This document shows positions 17,617 through 27,257 of a stretch of 51,471 nt of DNA, one piece after another. The position numbers were made by a program, and so were the translations under genes. Every line of letters starts with the position of its first letter. Position 1 is the stretch's first letter. The stretch comes from Chloroflexota bacterium (GTDB lineage Bacteria; Chloroflexota; Dehalococcoidia; Lucifugimonadales; UBA2985): NCBI GenBank assembly GCA_043816345.1, contig JBDRIA010000040.1, forward strand, positions 1 through 51,471, written 5' to 3'. Under the pieces are notes generated by a model. It was given only the letters and a program-made list of their open reading frames with translations. It was not told the origin of the DNA and did not search any database.

Positions 17617-17863
17617 AAACGGCTAACACAACATACCAATACCTTTCGGCAGACTCAGCATAATTGAACAGGGACAGACACATATACGGCTCTCACTTTG
17701 ACGCTGTGACAGGCAAAAGTTATGGGGGTTCTCCTTCTTGCGCTGATCACCCGTTTACACCACGGGCTTTGAGTGATACGCTCCATTGCGGTGAAACCCC
17801 CTGCGCCCAATTAATCATCTAACAACCCAACGGATTGAGGAGCAAAACAAACCCAGAAAACCC

Positions 17864-19135
17864 ATGCCTATGATGAGAAAGGTCTTCTACGGATGGTACA
17901 TCGTAGCCGCCAGCGTTGGGCTTAACTTCTACCTTACGGCTGCGTTCGGCGTGGGCTTCAATGTGTTTTTTCTCCCCATCCTTCATGAGTTTGGCTGGAC
18001 TCGTGCCCTCACCTCTGGAGCGTTTTCCCTCCGTCAACTGGAGTCTGGCTTGCTGGCGCCGGTGATCGGTTTCCTGGTGGACCGGTGGGGTCCCCGGATG
18101 GTCATTTTGATAAGCGTGGTTTTCGGTGGAGCGGGGATGGTCATGATGGGCTACGCCAACTCACTGTGGACATTCTATATCGCCTTCCTCATCGCCTCCC
18201 TGGGGATGGGTGGCGCTGGCCACGGCGTTTCGTGGTCCGTGGCCGTTGCCAACTGGTTCCAAAGGCTGCGCGGGAGAGCCCTAGGCATCGCCATGCTTGG
18301 GCCAGTGGTGGCCGGCCCCTTCGTGGTCGTAGTAGCTATCATGGAGGGAATGCTAGGCTGGCGCATAGCCATAATAATACTGGGCGTTGGCTTGTGGATA
18401 GTGGGAATTCCCCTGGCCCTGGTGGCACGCTCCAGGCCAGAGCCCTATGGCTACCTGCCTGACGGAGCTGCACCCGGGGAAACAGATACCGGTGAGACTG
18501 AGGTACCCAGACTGGCTTTTGAGGGAGCCTCCAGCGGACTCACCGTGGCCCAGGCTGTGCATACCCGGGATTTCTGGGCTCTCACGGTCCTGTTTGCAAT
18601 CATGTTTGTGGGTATCAGTGGCCTGATGGTTCACCTGATCCCCTTGCTGGAGGACATGAACTACAGCTCTGCCCAGGCGGCTGGTATTGTGGGACTGCTG
18701 TTCCTGCTTAGTGGCGTTGGTCGCATTGGCACTGGAGTCCTGGCGGATATGGTTGACTTCAGGATAATCCTGGGTGGACTAATAGCGTGCCAGATCGTGG
18801 GACTGCTTCTCCTCAGCGTAGTTGGCTCTTCGCAAACCTGGCTGCTATGTATCTTCGCGCTGGTCTTTGGGATCGGCTTTGGCGGCACAATACCCCTGCG
18901 GCCCTTTCTCATCATGCAGCTCTTTGGTGCACGGGCCTTTGGATCTCTCCAGGGATTGGTGCAGTGTGGTGCCATTGGCGTCGGCGTGGTAGGGCCGGTC
19001 TATTATGGCTGGGTCTTCGACACCACGGGATCCTATGACCTGGCTATCTATGCGACCCTGGCAACAGTAGTGGCAGCTATCCCTCTCATGTATCTGCTGA
19101 GGAAACCCCAGGAGGTGGCTAGAAGCCTGGGGTGA
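17864..19135 (+). CDS. MFS transporter (MCT/OFA-like)
   Basis: FYGWYIV, G.LVDRWGPR motif A and about 12 hydrophobic segments. Confidence 0.92.
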   Translation: MPMMRKVFYGWYIVAASVGLNFYLTAAFGVGFNVFFLPILHEFGWTRALTSGAFSLRQLESGLLAPVIGFLVDRWGPRMVILISVVFGGAGMVMMGYANSLWTFYIAFLIASLGMGGAGHGVSWSVAVANWFQRLRGRALGIAMLGPVVAGPFVVVVAIMEGMLGWRIAIIILGVGLWIVGIPLALVARSRPEPYGYLPDGAAPGETDTGETEVPRLAFEGASSGLTVAQAVHTRDFWALTVLFAIMFVGISGLMVHLIPLLEDMNYSSAQAAGIVGLLFLLSGVGRIGTGVLADMVDFRIILGGLIACQIVGLLLLSVVGSSQTWLLCIFALVFGIGFGGTIPLRPFLIMQLFGARAFGSLQGLVQCGAIGVGVVGPVYYGWVFDTTGSYDLAIYATLATVVAAIPLMYLLRKPQEVARSLG

Positions 19136-19436
19136 TGCTGTTCAAGACATGCGTCTGAGGGCCATGCCTTCACGACGGGCAACCAAGGTGGTAGCGGGAC
19201 CGCTACTATCTGCCTCCCATGCACCAGCGTGCCCACCTAGCTAACCGATGGCTACTTTGGGACGCCGCGGCAAACTTCCCTTCACTTAACTTCCTCACTC
19301 AACCTTTACCCATATTTATCCACATGTTAACCGGAAGGCCTCATGATTATAGTATCTCAGCATCTTCATAACATACGAGTAATCCAATATCACACAACCT
19401 GAGACATGGGCAAAGGATATATCCAGGAGGTAGGAA

Positions 19437-20510
19437 GTGTTAAGAGACAACCTGCTGGTTCAGTTCGCGGTCTTCAGTTTCCTGATCTTGCTCGCCCTCG
19501 CGGTGGGCGTCTCGGCATTGTTCTCAACGGATCAGTTTTCCATTCAGACTAATAGCCAGGATGCCCGCAACATGGCATGGCTCAGATATGGCGCTCTGGG
19601 TGCCAGCTTTTTGGTCTTGTATGGAGGCTTGGTATCCATCGTCTGGAGCGGTTGGAGAACCATACAACGGCAGCAAGGGGTACTCACAAAGACCAATGAG
19701 ACTCTCTGGAAAGCAAACGAGGATCTGAAGGCGGCTCACGCCCAGAGCATTGAGTCGGCCAAGCTCGCCGCCGTGGGACAGCTAGTCTCCGGAGTCGCCC
19801 ACGAGCTCAATAACCCCCTGGCCAGCATGTGGGGCCTGGCCCAGCTGACCATGGAGAGAAATCTCGATGAGCCCACCAAAGGTGAAGTGGAGATGATCCT
19901 GACGGAGGCAGAGCGCTCTTTGAGAATTGTCCAAAATCTCCTTTCCTTTGCTCGCCCCAGCGAGAGGCTAAAGGTCGACACGTCGGTAAACGCAGTGGTC
20001 AAGGATGCACTGGAGCTGCGTAGGTACGCATTAGAGGTGAGCAACATCAAGTTGGTCGAGCATCTGCACCCCGACCTTCCCCTGACTTATGCTGACCCGC
20101 ACGGCATCCAGCAGGTTGTGCTAAACCTCATTATCAATGCCGAACAGGCCATGCTAGCGGCTCATGGAGGCGGCAGATTGTTGGTCAGGACAGAGCAGGT
20201 AGGTCATATGATCCACCTTGAGATTACTGACAATGGCCCGGGTATCCCGCCGGAGAACCTGGCGGTGATATTCGATCCGTTTTTCACCACTAAAGATGTA
20301 GGGAAGGGCACGGGGCTTGGCCTGAGTATCTGCTACGGCACCATTCAGCAGCATGGTGGTAGAATTCGGGTACAGAGTGAGCTAGATAAGGGAGCGACCT
20401 TCATCGTCGAGCTGCCGATCGTACCTGCCATCACCACAGCCCAGCCAGAGATAGAAGCAGAGAGCCAAAAGCATGCGGATCGCCTCGTGACGATGCCCAC
20501 TAAAGCCTGA
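19437..20510 (+). CDS. Membrane-bound sensor histidine kinase (NtrB-like)
   Basis: Two transmembrane segments; H-box AHELNNPL; N, G1, F and G2 boxes ([25 protein letters not shown]). Confidence 0.92.
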   Translation: MLRDNLLVQFAVFSFLILLALAVGVSALFSTDQFSIQTNSQDARNMAWLRYGALGASFLVLYGGLVSIVWSGWRTIQRQQGVLTKTNETLWKANEDLKAAHAQSIESAKLAAVGQLVSGVAHELNNPLASMWGLAQLTMERNLDEPTKGEVEMILTEAERSLRIVQNLLSFARPSERLKVDTSVNAVVKDALELRRYALEVSNIKLVEHLHPDLPLTYADPHGIQQVVLNLIINAEQAMLAAHGGGRLLVRTEQVGHMIHLEITDNGPGIPPENLAVIFDPFFTTKDVGKGTGLGLSICYGTIQQHGGRIRVQSELDKGATFIVELPIVPAITTAQPEIEAESQKHADRLVTMPTKA

Positions 20511-20535
20511 GTACAGCCTCAGAAGGAGCAATGAG

Positions 20536-21051
20536 ATGAGCCAGCCCGTAAAGAAGGCTCTGATAGTGGATGACGAAGAGTCAATGCGGTATGTTCTGTC
20601 GAGTCAGTTGTCTAAGTTGGGGTACGAGTGTGTAACCGTGTCCAGTGGGAGAGATGCCCTTGATAAGGCGGCTTGCCAGGATTTTGATCTGATGATGTTA
20701 GATGTCAAGATGCCCGGCATGTCCGGGTTGGAGGTACTGGGAAAGTTCAGGACGGACCACCCCGAAACGTGCGTGGTAGTGCTCAGTGCCCTGGTGGATG
20801 CAGTTATCGCTGTCGAAGCAATTAAGCGGGGAGCCGATGACTATCTGACGAAGCCCTACCACAGTATAGACCTGAGCAAGAGGCTGCAAAGGGCTCACGA
20901 ACGGAGAGAGCTGACATTGCAGAGTGAAAGAGAACACTGGCCTTCAAACGAGGCAGTCCGGGAGCGAGACACCATTCGTGAAATAACCAAGGACCTGGTA
21001 GCTCAGCAAATGGCAGTCTACGAACGTCTAAGTTCACGCCCAGGCAGATAA
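20536..21051 (+). CDS. Response regulator (receiver domain plus short tail)
   Basis: LIVDDE, LDVKMPGMSG and GADDYLTKP. Confidence 0.9.
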   Translation: MSQPVKKALIVDDEESMRYVLSSQLSKLGYECVTVSSGRDALDKAACQDFDLMMLDVKMPGMSGLEVLGKFRTDHPETCVVVLSALVDAVIAVEAIKRGADDYLTKPYHSIDLSKRLQRAHERRELTLQSEREHWPSNEAVRERDTIREITKDLVAQQMAVYERLSSRPGR

Positions 21052-21404
21052 GTAGTAGCACGCCATTAAAGGAGCCCAGGACGGAGGAACGCGGCCTGGG
21101 CCTGCTGGCCAGCGATTGTTGGCCAGCGCGACCCTGCTTAGGCATGTCCGATTGGCTTCCCTCTGCGGGCCACCGTTTCCCCATCGTATTGCTCCTGTCG
21201 CGGGACACGACTGTTCTTTTCGCGTAGCTCTTGGGTTCTTTCGTATTTGTTTGCCATCGTCACGCGACATAGCTATACTCATCGCACCACAGTGAGGCAT
21301 TTATGGGGCCAAGCCGACCGCTTGGGCAATGCCGGCCTCCGAGTGCGAAATCATAGCTAGCTCCCGAGTCACCAGCGTAGCCGGGAGCGGAATGGAGGTA
21401 CTAC

Positions 21405-22532
21405 TTGGCAGTGGAAACAGCCATAGAGACCGTTGTGGTTGATGCCAAGCGACTGGAGCAGTTCGTCGTCACCGTCTTCACCAACCTTGGACTAACGGCG
21501 GCCAACGCGCGAGACGCCGCGGAGGTTCTCGTCAAATCGGACATCTACGGTATCGAATCCCACGGAATGCCGCGCCTGTCCGGCAATGTGACTCGACTCA
21601 AGAATGGGGCTGTCCAGGCCAACCCGGAGGTCGTGGTCGTCCACGAGCTACCTTCAACCGCTCTGCTAGATGGCGCTAACGGACTGGGCATGTTAGTGGG
21701 ACGGCGTGCCATGGAGGTGGCAATTCGCAAGGCCCAGGCCACCGGAGCTGGCTTCGTCTCAGTGCGGAACAGCTCCCATTTCGGAATAGCCGGTTTCTAC
21801 GCCAAAATGGCCGTAGAGCACGACATGATCGGCTTCTGCATGACAAACATCGGTGCCGGAGGGACCACGCCCCCCACAGGGGGACGCACCGGCTTCTTCG
21901 GTACCAATCCCATCGCGGTGGCTGCCCCCACTAAAACGCCTCCGGCCTTCGTGATGGACTTCGCCACCACTGTTGTGGCCTCTGGGAAGCTGCAGATAGC
22001 CGCGCGGCGCAATCACGATGTGCCTCTGGGCTGGGTCATGGACCGCGATGGTAATCCTTCCACCAAGCCCGACGCTCGAACAGGTGGCGGCTACATTCTT
22101 CCCCTGGGGGGTCTCAGGGAAACCAGTGGACACAAGGGCTATGGACTCATGCTCCTGGTGGACATTCTCTCAGGCGTCCTATCCGGAGCGGCAGTAGGTG
22201 CCACCGCGTTCAAGCTGACTCCAGATGGAGCCGAGAGCGAGCAGGCGCGCTCTGCAGGTGCTGCGACCAACACGGGCCACTTCTTCGGTGCATTGCGGAT
22301 AGACGGCTTCCGCCCCGTCGAGGAGTTCAAGGCGGAGATGGATGAGATGTTCCGTGTTATCCGCAGCTCGGAGAAGATGCCGGGCTGGGAGCGCATCTAC
22401 GTCCACGGCGAGCCGGAGTGGGAGGCGGAGCGAGACCGCCTTGCCAACGGCATTCCCTTGGACTTGCCCACTTACGAGTCCCTGGAGGAAATCTCCGCGG
22501 ATTTGGGCATCCCGCTGAACGTCAAGAGGTAG
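21405..22532 (+). CDS. Ldh_2-family (malate/L-lactate/sulfolactate/ureidoglycolate-type) dehydrogenase
   Basis: GIESHG, NSSHFG, GTNPIA, DFATT and SGHKGYGL. Confidence 0.92.
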   Translation: MAVETAIETVVVDAKRLEQFVVTVFTNLGLTAANARDAAEVLVKSDIYGIESHGMPRLSGNVTRLKNGAVQANPEVVVVHELPSTALLDGANGLGMLVGRRAMEVAIRKAQATGAGFVSVRNSSHFGIAGFYAKMAVEHDMIGFCMTNIGAGGTTPPTGGRTGFFGTNPIAVAAPTKTPPAFVMDFATTVVASGKLQIAARRNHDVPLGWVMDRDGNPSTKPDARTGGGYILPLGGLRETSGHKGYGLMLLVDILSGVLSGAAVGATAFKLTPDGAESEQARSAGAATNTGHFFGALRIDGFRPVEEFKAEMDEMFRVIRSSEKMPGWERIYVHGEPEWEAERDRLANGIPLDLPTYESLEEISADLGIPLNVKR

Positions 22533-22672
22533 GCTGTGGGATGAAGAACGCCAGAGAGCGATGATTCCTGGCATGACTGCCGCCGACCGAGGAACACTCC
22601 CGTCCGTGGACACAGACGCCGACCTCGATTGCCGCCAGTACCAGAGACCCAGTACAGAGTAAGGAGGGAAAC

Positions 22673-23566
22673 ATGAAACTCGTGCTATTCGGTGAAGAGT
22701 TTCGCCTGGGAGTCCTTCAAGGAGACATGGTGATAGACGCCTCCTCGGTGGCGAGCGAGATTCCCCACCACACGCCCCAGGAGATGATGAGCCGCCTAAT
22801 CGAGGGTTTTGACCAGCATCGGAGTGCCCTGGAGCGGCTTGCTAGCAGCGCTCAGGGCGTCCCCATTAGCCAGGTACGCCTGCGTGCGCCACTCCCCCGC
22901 CCTCCCCGCCTGGTGTGCATGGCCGTGAATTACATGGAGAGCGGGACACGGGCGGAACCCGCGCCCATCAACGCCTTCAACAAGTCCTCCAGCAGCGTCA
23001 TCGGCGATGGGGACACAGTGGTGCTCCCCGACGCTCCGGGCAACGTCTTTGAGCACGAGGCGTAGCTGGGGATCGTTATAGGCAAGAGGGCAAGCGCCAT
23101 AAAGGCGGAGGACGCCTACGACCACATCTTCGGGTACGTCAACTTCATAGATGTCTCCTGTCGAGGGGCAGGCCCACCAGGAGCGGACAGCTTCTTCATA
23201 GGCAAGTCCTGGGACACCTTTGGGCCCATGGGCCCGGCCCTGGTCACAACCGATGAGGTGGCCAATCCCCATGACTTGGCCGTCCGCCTGAGCATCCAGG
23301 GAGAGCTACGACAGGAGTTCAACACCAGCGACATGGCCCGTAAGATACCCGAGGTGTTGGAGTGGATCACCTGGATCACCACCCTGGAGCCGGGCGATGT
23401 GATAGCCACCGGCACCAACCACTGGGGGTTGGGCCCACTCCAGGACGGTGATACGGCGGAGATGGAAATCGACACCTTTGGCAAGCTGACCGTCCACGTC
23501 ACCGACGCTAAGAAGCGTTCCTGGCCGCGAGAGACCCGTGCCCAGCGAGAGGCACGAGGAGGCTAG
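22673..23566 (+). pseudogene. Fumarylacetoacetate hydrolase-family protein interrupted by one in-frame TAG
   Basis: ...VFEHEA*LGIVIGKRA...IDVS..GKSWDTFGPMGP...LEPGDVIATGT reads in a single frame; TAG at 23063-23065. Confidence 0.85.
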
Positions 23567-23649
23567 GGGCGGCACGGGGAAGCTAGGGCCTCAGCAAACC
23601 TCTGGAAAATCCTTCGCGATTATCCTGCCAGAACACGTACACTTATCCA

Positions 23650-23774
23650 TGTCATTCTGAGGGAGTCCCGATAGTATCGGGACGACCGAAGAATCTAAGG
23701 CGTCCCCATGCAATCGGGACCTAGGCGAAAGCTTTAGATTCTTCACCCCGATGGAATCGGGACTCAGAATGACA
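23650..23774. repeat. Palindromic REP-like element with nested CCCGAT..ATCGGG hairpins
   Basis: TGTCATTCTGAG...GAAGAATCT...AGATTCTTC...CTCAGAATGACA. Confidence 0.8.
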
Positions 23775-24015
23775 TCAGATCCCTAGGATTACCTCGACCT
23801 ACGTGACTTAGAAGGATAATCACCAAAATCCCTGACCCACACGCGGTCAGAGGTTGCGGGGCACATACCGTTGGAGTACCACCAGGGGTGGCCACACAAC
23901 CTTGCAGTCGCTGGTCGCCATGATGCATAATCAGGCATGGGCGCGGATGCAGGCACTATACTCGTCGCTAGTCATTGTTTGGAACCTACTAGCATTGAGA
24001 TGGAGGTAATGTACC

Positions 24016-24285
24016 TTGGCACACATGCTTGTCAGGATGAATGTAGAGAGCTATGCGAAGTGGAGACCCGTATTCAAGGAGCACGAAGCCGCTCGCAAAG
24101 TCGCGGGCTGCACAGGAACACAGGTCTTCCGCAGCGGCAATGACCCCTTTGAGGTATTCGTCCTCACGGAGTGGGAGGAACTGGAGCTGGCCCGGAAGTT
24201 TGCAGAGTCCGATGACCTGCGCGAGTCCATGCAGAAGTCTGGGGTCACCGGCCAGCCGGACATCTACTTCATGCAGGAGGTCTAG
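24016..24285 (+). CDS. Small ABM/cyclase-like dimeric alpha+beta barrel protein
   Basis: LVRMNVESYAKWRPVF.EH..AR...G...VFR...DP.EV.V..EW....A.KF..S.DLRE.MQ..GV..P; GGAGG RBS. Confidence 0.8.
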   Translation: MAHMLVRMNVESYAKWRPVFKEHEAARKVAGCTGTQVFRSGNDPFEVFVLTEWEELELARKFAESDDLRESMQKSGVTGQPDIYFMQEV

Positions 24286-24343
24286 CGGCCATCGTACTGG
24301 TTAGTAGTAGTCCAAGGGTTTCTTGACAAACAACCCCTCTGCT

Positions 24344-25060
24344 ATGCAAACCTGTCTCTTCGCCAGGCTGGGCGTGACGGACTACCTTGAGGCGTGGGAG
24401 GTCCAGAAAGCCATCGCCCGGCGGAGAGACGACGGCTCTCTCCCCGACTCCCTTATCATCCTGGAGCATCCTCACACGTACACCCTGGGACGTCGCGGCA
24501 AGCTCTCGGACGTGCTCGTGGGAGAGACAGCCCTGAAACAAATGGGAGTCCAGGTATGTCATGTGGACCGCGGTGGGGAGGTCACCTATCACGGGCCGGG
24601 GCAGATTGTGGCGTATCCCATCGTTGACGTGAGACCCCTGGGAGGGCCGGCTGCTTACGTCCGCACCCTGGAGGCCGTCCTCATCCACACCCTGGGGGAT
24701 TTTGGACTGGATGCCCGGCGAGAGGATGCCCTCACCGGGGTCTGGGTAGGGCACGAGAAGATCGCCGCCATCGGGGTCAAGATCAGCCGAGGCATCACCA
24801 CCCACGGTTTTGCCCTCAACGTAGACCCCGACCTGTCTTACTTCCGGCACATCGTGCCCTGCGGCATTCAGGGCATGGCCGTTACCTCCATGGAGAGGCT
24901 CTTGGGGGTGCACATATCCCTGGAGGAGGTGGCCCTGCGCCTAGCGCATCACTTTGGACTGCTCTTTCGCAGGACTATGGAGGAGGCAACGGTCTGGCGA
25001 CTCCTGGGATCCAAGGCCGCTGCCCTCGCCTCATCTGTTGGCTCCTGGCCCAGCGCCTAA
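24344..25060 (+). CDS. lipB: Lipoyl(octanoyl) transferase
   Basis: LEHPHTYTLGR, DRGGEVTYHGPGQ, KIAAIG, HGFALN and IVPCG. Confidence 0.93.
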   Translation: MQTCLFARLGVTDYLEAWEVQKAIARRRDDGSLPDSLIILEHPHTYTLGRRGKLSDVLVGETALKQMGVQVCHVDRGGEVTYHGPGQIVAYPIVDVRPLGGPAAYVRTLEAVLIHTLGDFGLDARREDALTGVWVGHEKIAAIGVKISRGITTHGFALNVDPDLSYFRHIVPCGIQGMAVTSMERLLGVHISLEEVALRLAHHFGLLFRRTMEEATVWRLLGSKAAALASSVGSWPSA

Positions 25061-25126
25061 GCAGAGTGGAACCCCCGATAGCCCGGAAACCTAAGAAAAG
25101 CAAGTTGACCTGGCCCTGAAAGCGAG

Positions 25127-25385
25127 GCACTCTCCCGCTTCCGCCAGTGGGCAGGCCACTGGCGTGGGCAGCCCCAAAGGTAGTGATATCCCTGGAGCAA
25201 GACCGGGATGTGAGCTATTGCCCTTCCTGGACTGTCCCCGACCCCACCGGAAGAAGGTATGTGTCACCAATGCTATCGAGAGGGCCTTTCGGGAGGTACG
25301 GCGCAGGACCAGGCCCATGAGCTGCTTCCAGAACTCAGCTAGTGTATACCGAATCATCTACGGCGATATCAGCCTCTCAACACCA
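25127..25385 (+). mobile_element. IS256-family transposase remnant
   Basis: ELLPFLDCPRPHRKKVCVTNAIERAFREVRRRTRPMSCFQNSAS, with frameshifts upstream. Confidence 0.8.
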
Positions 25386-25524
25386 CCTCAACCGCTAGGC
25401 ACTGGGACAAGCCTCGATACCAGAAACACTATGGGCCGCCCATGGCGGCCCATAGTGAGAGATCTCGTGTTAACCTCAACCAGATGCAAACCTGCTGCCA
25501 TCAAACATGGGACCGTTGAGCCAA

Positions 25525-25601
25525 TGGTCGGGGTGGTCGGATTTGAACCGACGGCCCCTTGCACCCCATGCAAGTGCGCTTCCGGGCTGCGCCACACCCC
25601 G
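25525..25601 (-). tRNA. tRNA-Pro(GGG)
   Basis: Full cloverleaf cggggtgtggcgcagcccggaagcgcacttgcatGGGgtgcaag...ggttcaaatccgaccaccccgacca. Confidence 0.95.
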
Positions 25602-25678
25602 TTCGTTCATAGAATAGCATACACGACCTTGCCCTTCAAGCAATTTTACCTAACAAGTGCGCTCGTTCATAAAGATGA

Positions 25679-25826
25679 GTGACGTTACAACAGTGTCATG
25701 CGTATCATCAATGGTGCGGCTTCTGGGGTCTTGCGCCTGGCCCTTCCCTGGAAGGGCTGGCGAGGCTCCGGGAGATCTCATGGGAAGCCAGGCTTAGGTT
25801 ACAGTGGATGGACTACCATGAGGCCC
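25679..25826 (+). mobile_element. Possible IS481-like transposase N-terminal remnant
   Basis: ARLREISWEARLRLQWMDYH resembles the N-terminus of IS481-type transposases; degenerate. Confidence 0.35.
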
Positions 25827-26022
25827 TCCTTGGAGAATCGATCTCACCGACCAAGACATCTGCGCCAGCCCACCTGGAGCCCCGAGCTGGCCCAGGCTGT
25901 AAGGACAATGTGGTGGTGCTTCATGACAAGGGATGGGGTAGTGTAACGTTTAGAGCGTAAAAAGAGTGGTGTATCCTTCAAGGAGACAGAAGGAACGTGG
26001 AAAGGAGGAGACGCCACATGGT

Positions 26023-26185
26023 ATCGAGAGGGCCTTCCGGGAGGTACGGCGCAGGACCAGGCCCATGAGGTGCTTCCAGAACTCAGCTAATATCTACCAA
26101 ATCATCTACGGCGTTATCAGCCCTCTCAACACTTCCTGGGAGGCCAAACCCCTCAGAGCATTTACACACTCATCTTGACTCTATC
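26023..26185 (+). mobile_element. IS256-family 3' remnant with right end
   Basis: IERAFREVRRRTRPM.CFQNSA..IIYG...NTSWE.KP; ends TTTACACA...TTGACTCTATC. Confidence 0.85.
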
Positions 26186-26293
26186 CCCTCGTTGATGCCG
26201 TGCGTGTGTTGACAGGAGCCTCATGAGCCCTTAAATTACATGAGTATGTCAGCAAACAGAAATCCAAACTGCTAACGTCTTCGCGGAGGACAG

Positions 26294-26575
26294 GTGCCCA
26301 TATACGAGTACGAGTGCATAGGCTGCAATCACCGGTTTGAGCTGAAGCAGGGCTTCGATGCCGAACCAACGGAACCTTGCCCTCTTTGCCGAGGGCTATC
26401 GCGTAGAAAGTTCCACGTCCCGACAGTCATTTATAAAGGGACCGGTTTCTACACGACGGACTACGCCCGGAAAAACCAGCCCCGAGACAATGGGCATAGT
26501 GATAGCGATGTGACCACATCGACGAAGGAGAAAGAGACCTCGAAGGAAAAAGAGACCTCCTCCAAGGACGACTAA
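26294..26575 (+). CDS. FmdB-family zinc-ribbon protein
   Basis: MPIYEYEC..C..RFE.......CPLC....FYTTDY. Confidence 0.9.
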   Translation: MPIYEYECIGCNHRFELKQGFDAEPTEPCPLCRGLSRRKFHVPTVIYKGTGFYTTDYARKNQPRDNGHSDSDVTTSTKEKETSKEKETSSKDD

Positions 26576-26592
26576 GCAGGAGGAACCCGGGG

Positions 26593-27054
26593 ATGCGCGC
26601 CCTTGTCCAGCGAGTGGCTAAGGCATCGGTGGCCGTAGGAGATGTGGTGGGGCAAATCGAGAAGGGGTTGGTCGTGTTCGTTGGAGTAGGCCAGGGCGAC
26701 GGTGATGAGGATGCCCGCTACGTGGTGGAGAAGGTCGTCAATCTGCGCATCTTTGAAGACGAGGCTGGCTGGTTCAACATCTCTGCCCTGGAGATGGCGG
26801 CGCAGCTCCTGGTAATTAGCCAGTTCACCCTCTACGCGGATGTTCGCAAGGGACGTCGGCCCTCTTTTACCGATGCAGCCCCTCCTGAAAAAGCGGAGGC
26901 CCTCTTCGAGAGAGCCGTTGGCCTGTTTAGAGAGACGGGCCTAAGGGTGGAGACGGGGCGCTTCCAGCAGCACATGCTTGTGGACATCCAGAACGACGGC
27001 CCCTTCACCCTCATGGTGGACAGCGCGGACAGGCATCGCCCTCGGCGAGGGTAG
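26593..27054 (+). CDS. dtd: D-aminoacyl-tRNA deacylase
   Basis: MRALVQRV, NLRIF, SQFTL, GRRPSF and NDGP. Confidence 0.95.
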   Translation: MRALVQRVAKASVAVGDVVGQIEKGLVVFVGVGQGDGDEDARYVVEKVVNLRIFEDEAGWFNISALEMAAQLLVISQFTLYADVRKGRRPSFTDAAPPEKAEALFERAVGLFRETGLRVETGRFQQHMLVDIQNDGPFTLMVDSADRHRPRRG

Positions 27055-27134
27055 ACAGGGGGCGTCACATGAACCGATATGCGTGAAGCCTTGTGGCCTC
27101 TCATTCCTTTCTGCTATATTTAGCGTGTCGGGCA

Positions 27135-27226
27135 GGAGGGATCGCATAGTGGTCTAGTGCGGCCGCCTGCTAAGCGGTTAGGGGGCGCAAGCTCTCTCAT
27201 GGGTTCGAATCCCATTCCCTCCGCCA
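27135..27226 (+). tRNA. tRNA-Ser(GCT)
   Basis: ggagggatcgcatagtggtctagtgcggccgcctGCTaagcgg with a long variable arm, gggttcgaatccc and CCA. Confidence 0.95.
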
Positions 27227-27257
27227 CTTCCTCATCAAAAGTCAGAGGATAGGGTAG

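Noticed and set aside
19140-19436. Possible riboswitch upstream of the histidine kinase
   Set aside because: Hairpins and a GGCAAAC are present, but I could not fit a known aptamer consensus.
22673-23566. Genome-wide amber recoding or pyrrolysine
   Set aside because: TAG is the normal stop of many intact genes here (e.g. qor, dtd, argB) and only one gene shows an internal TAG.
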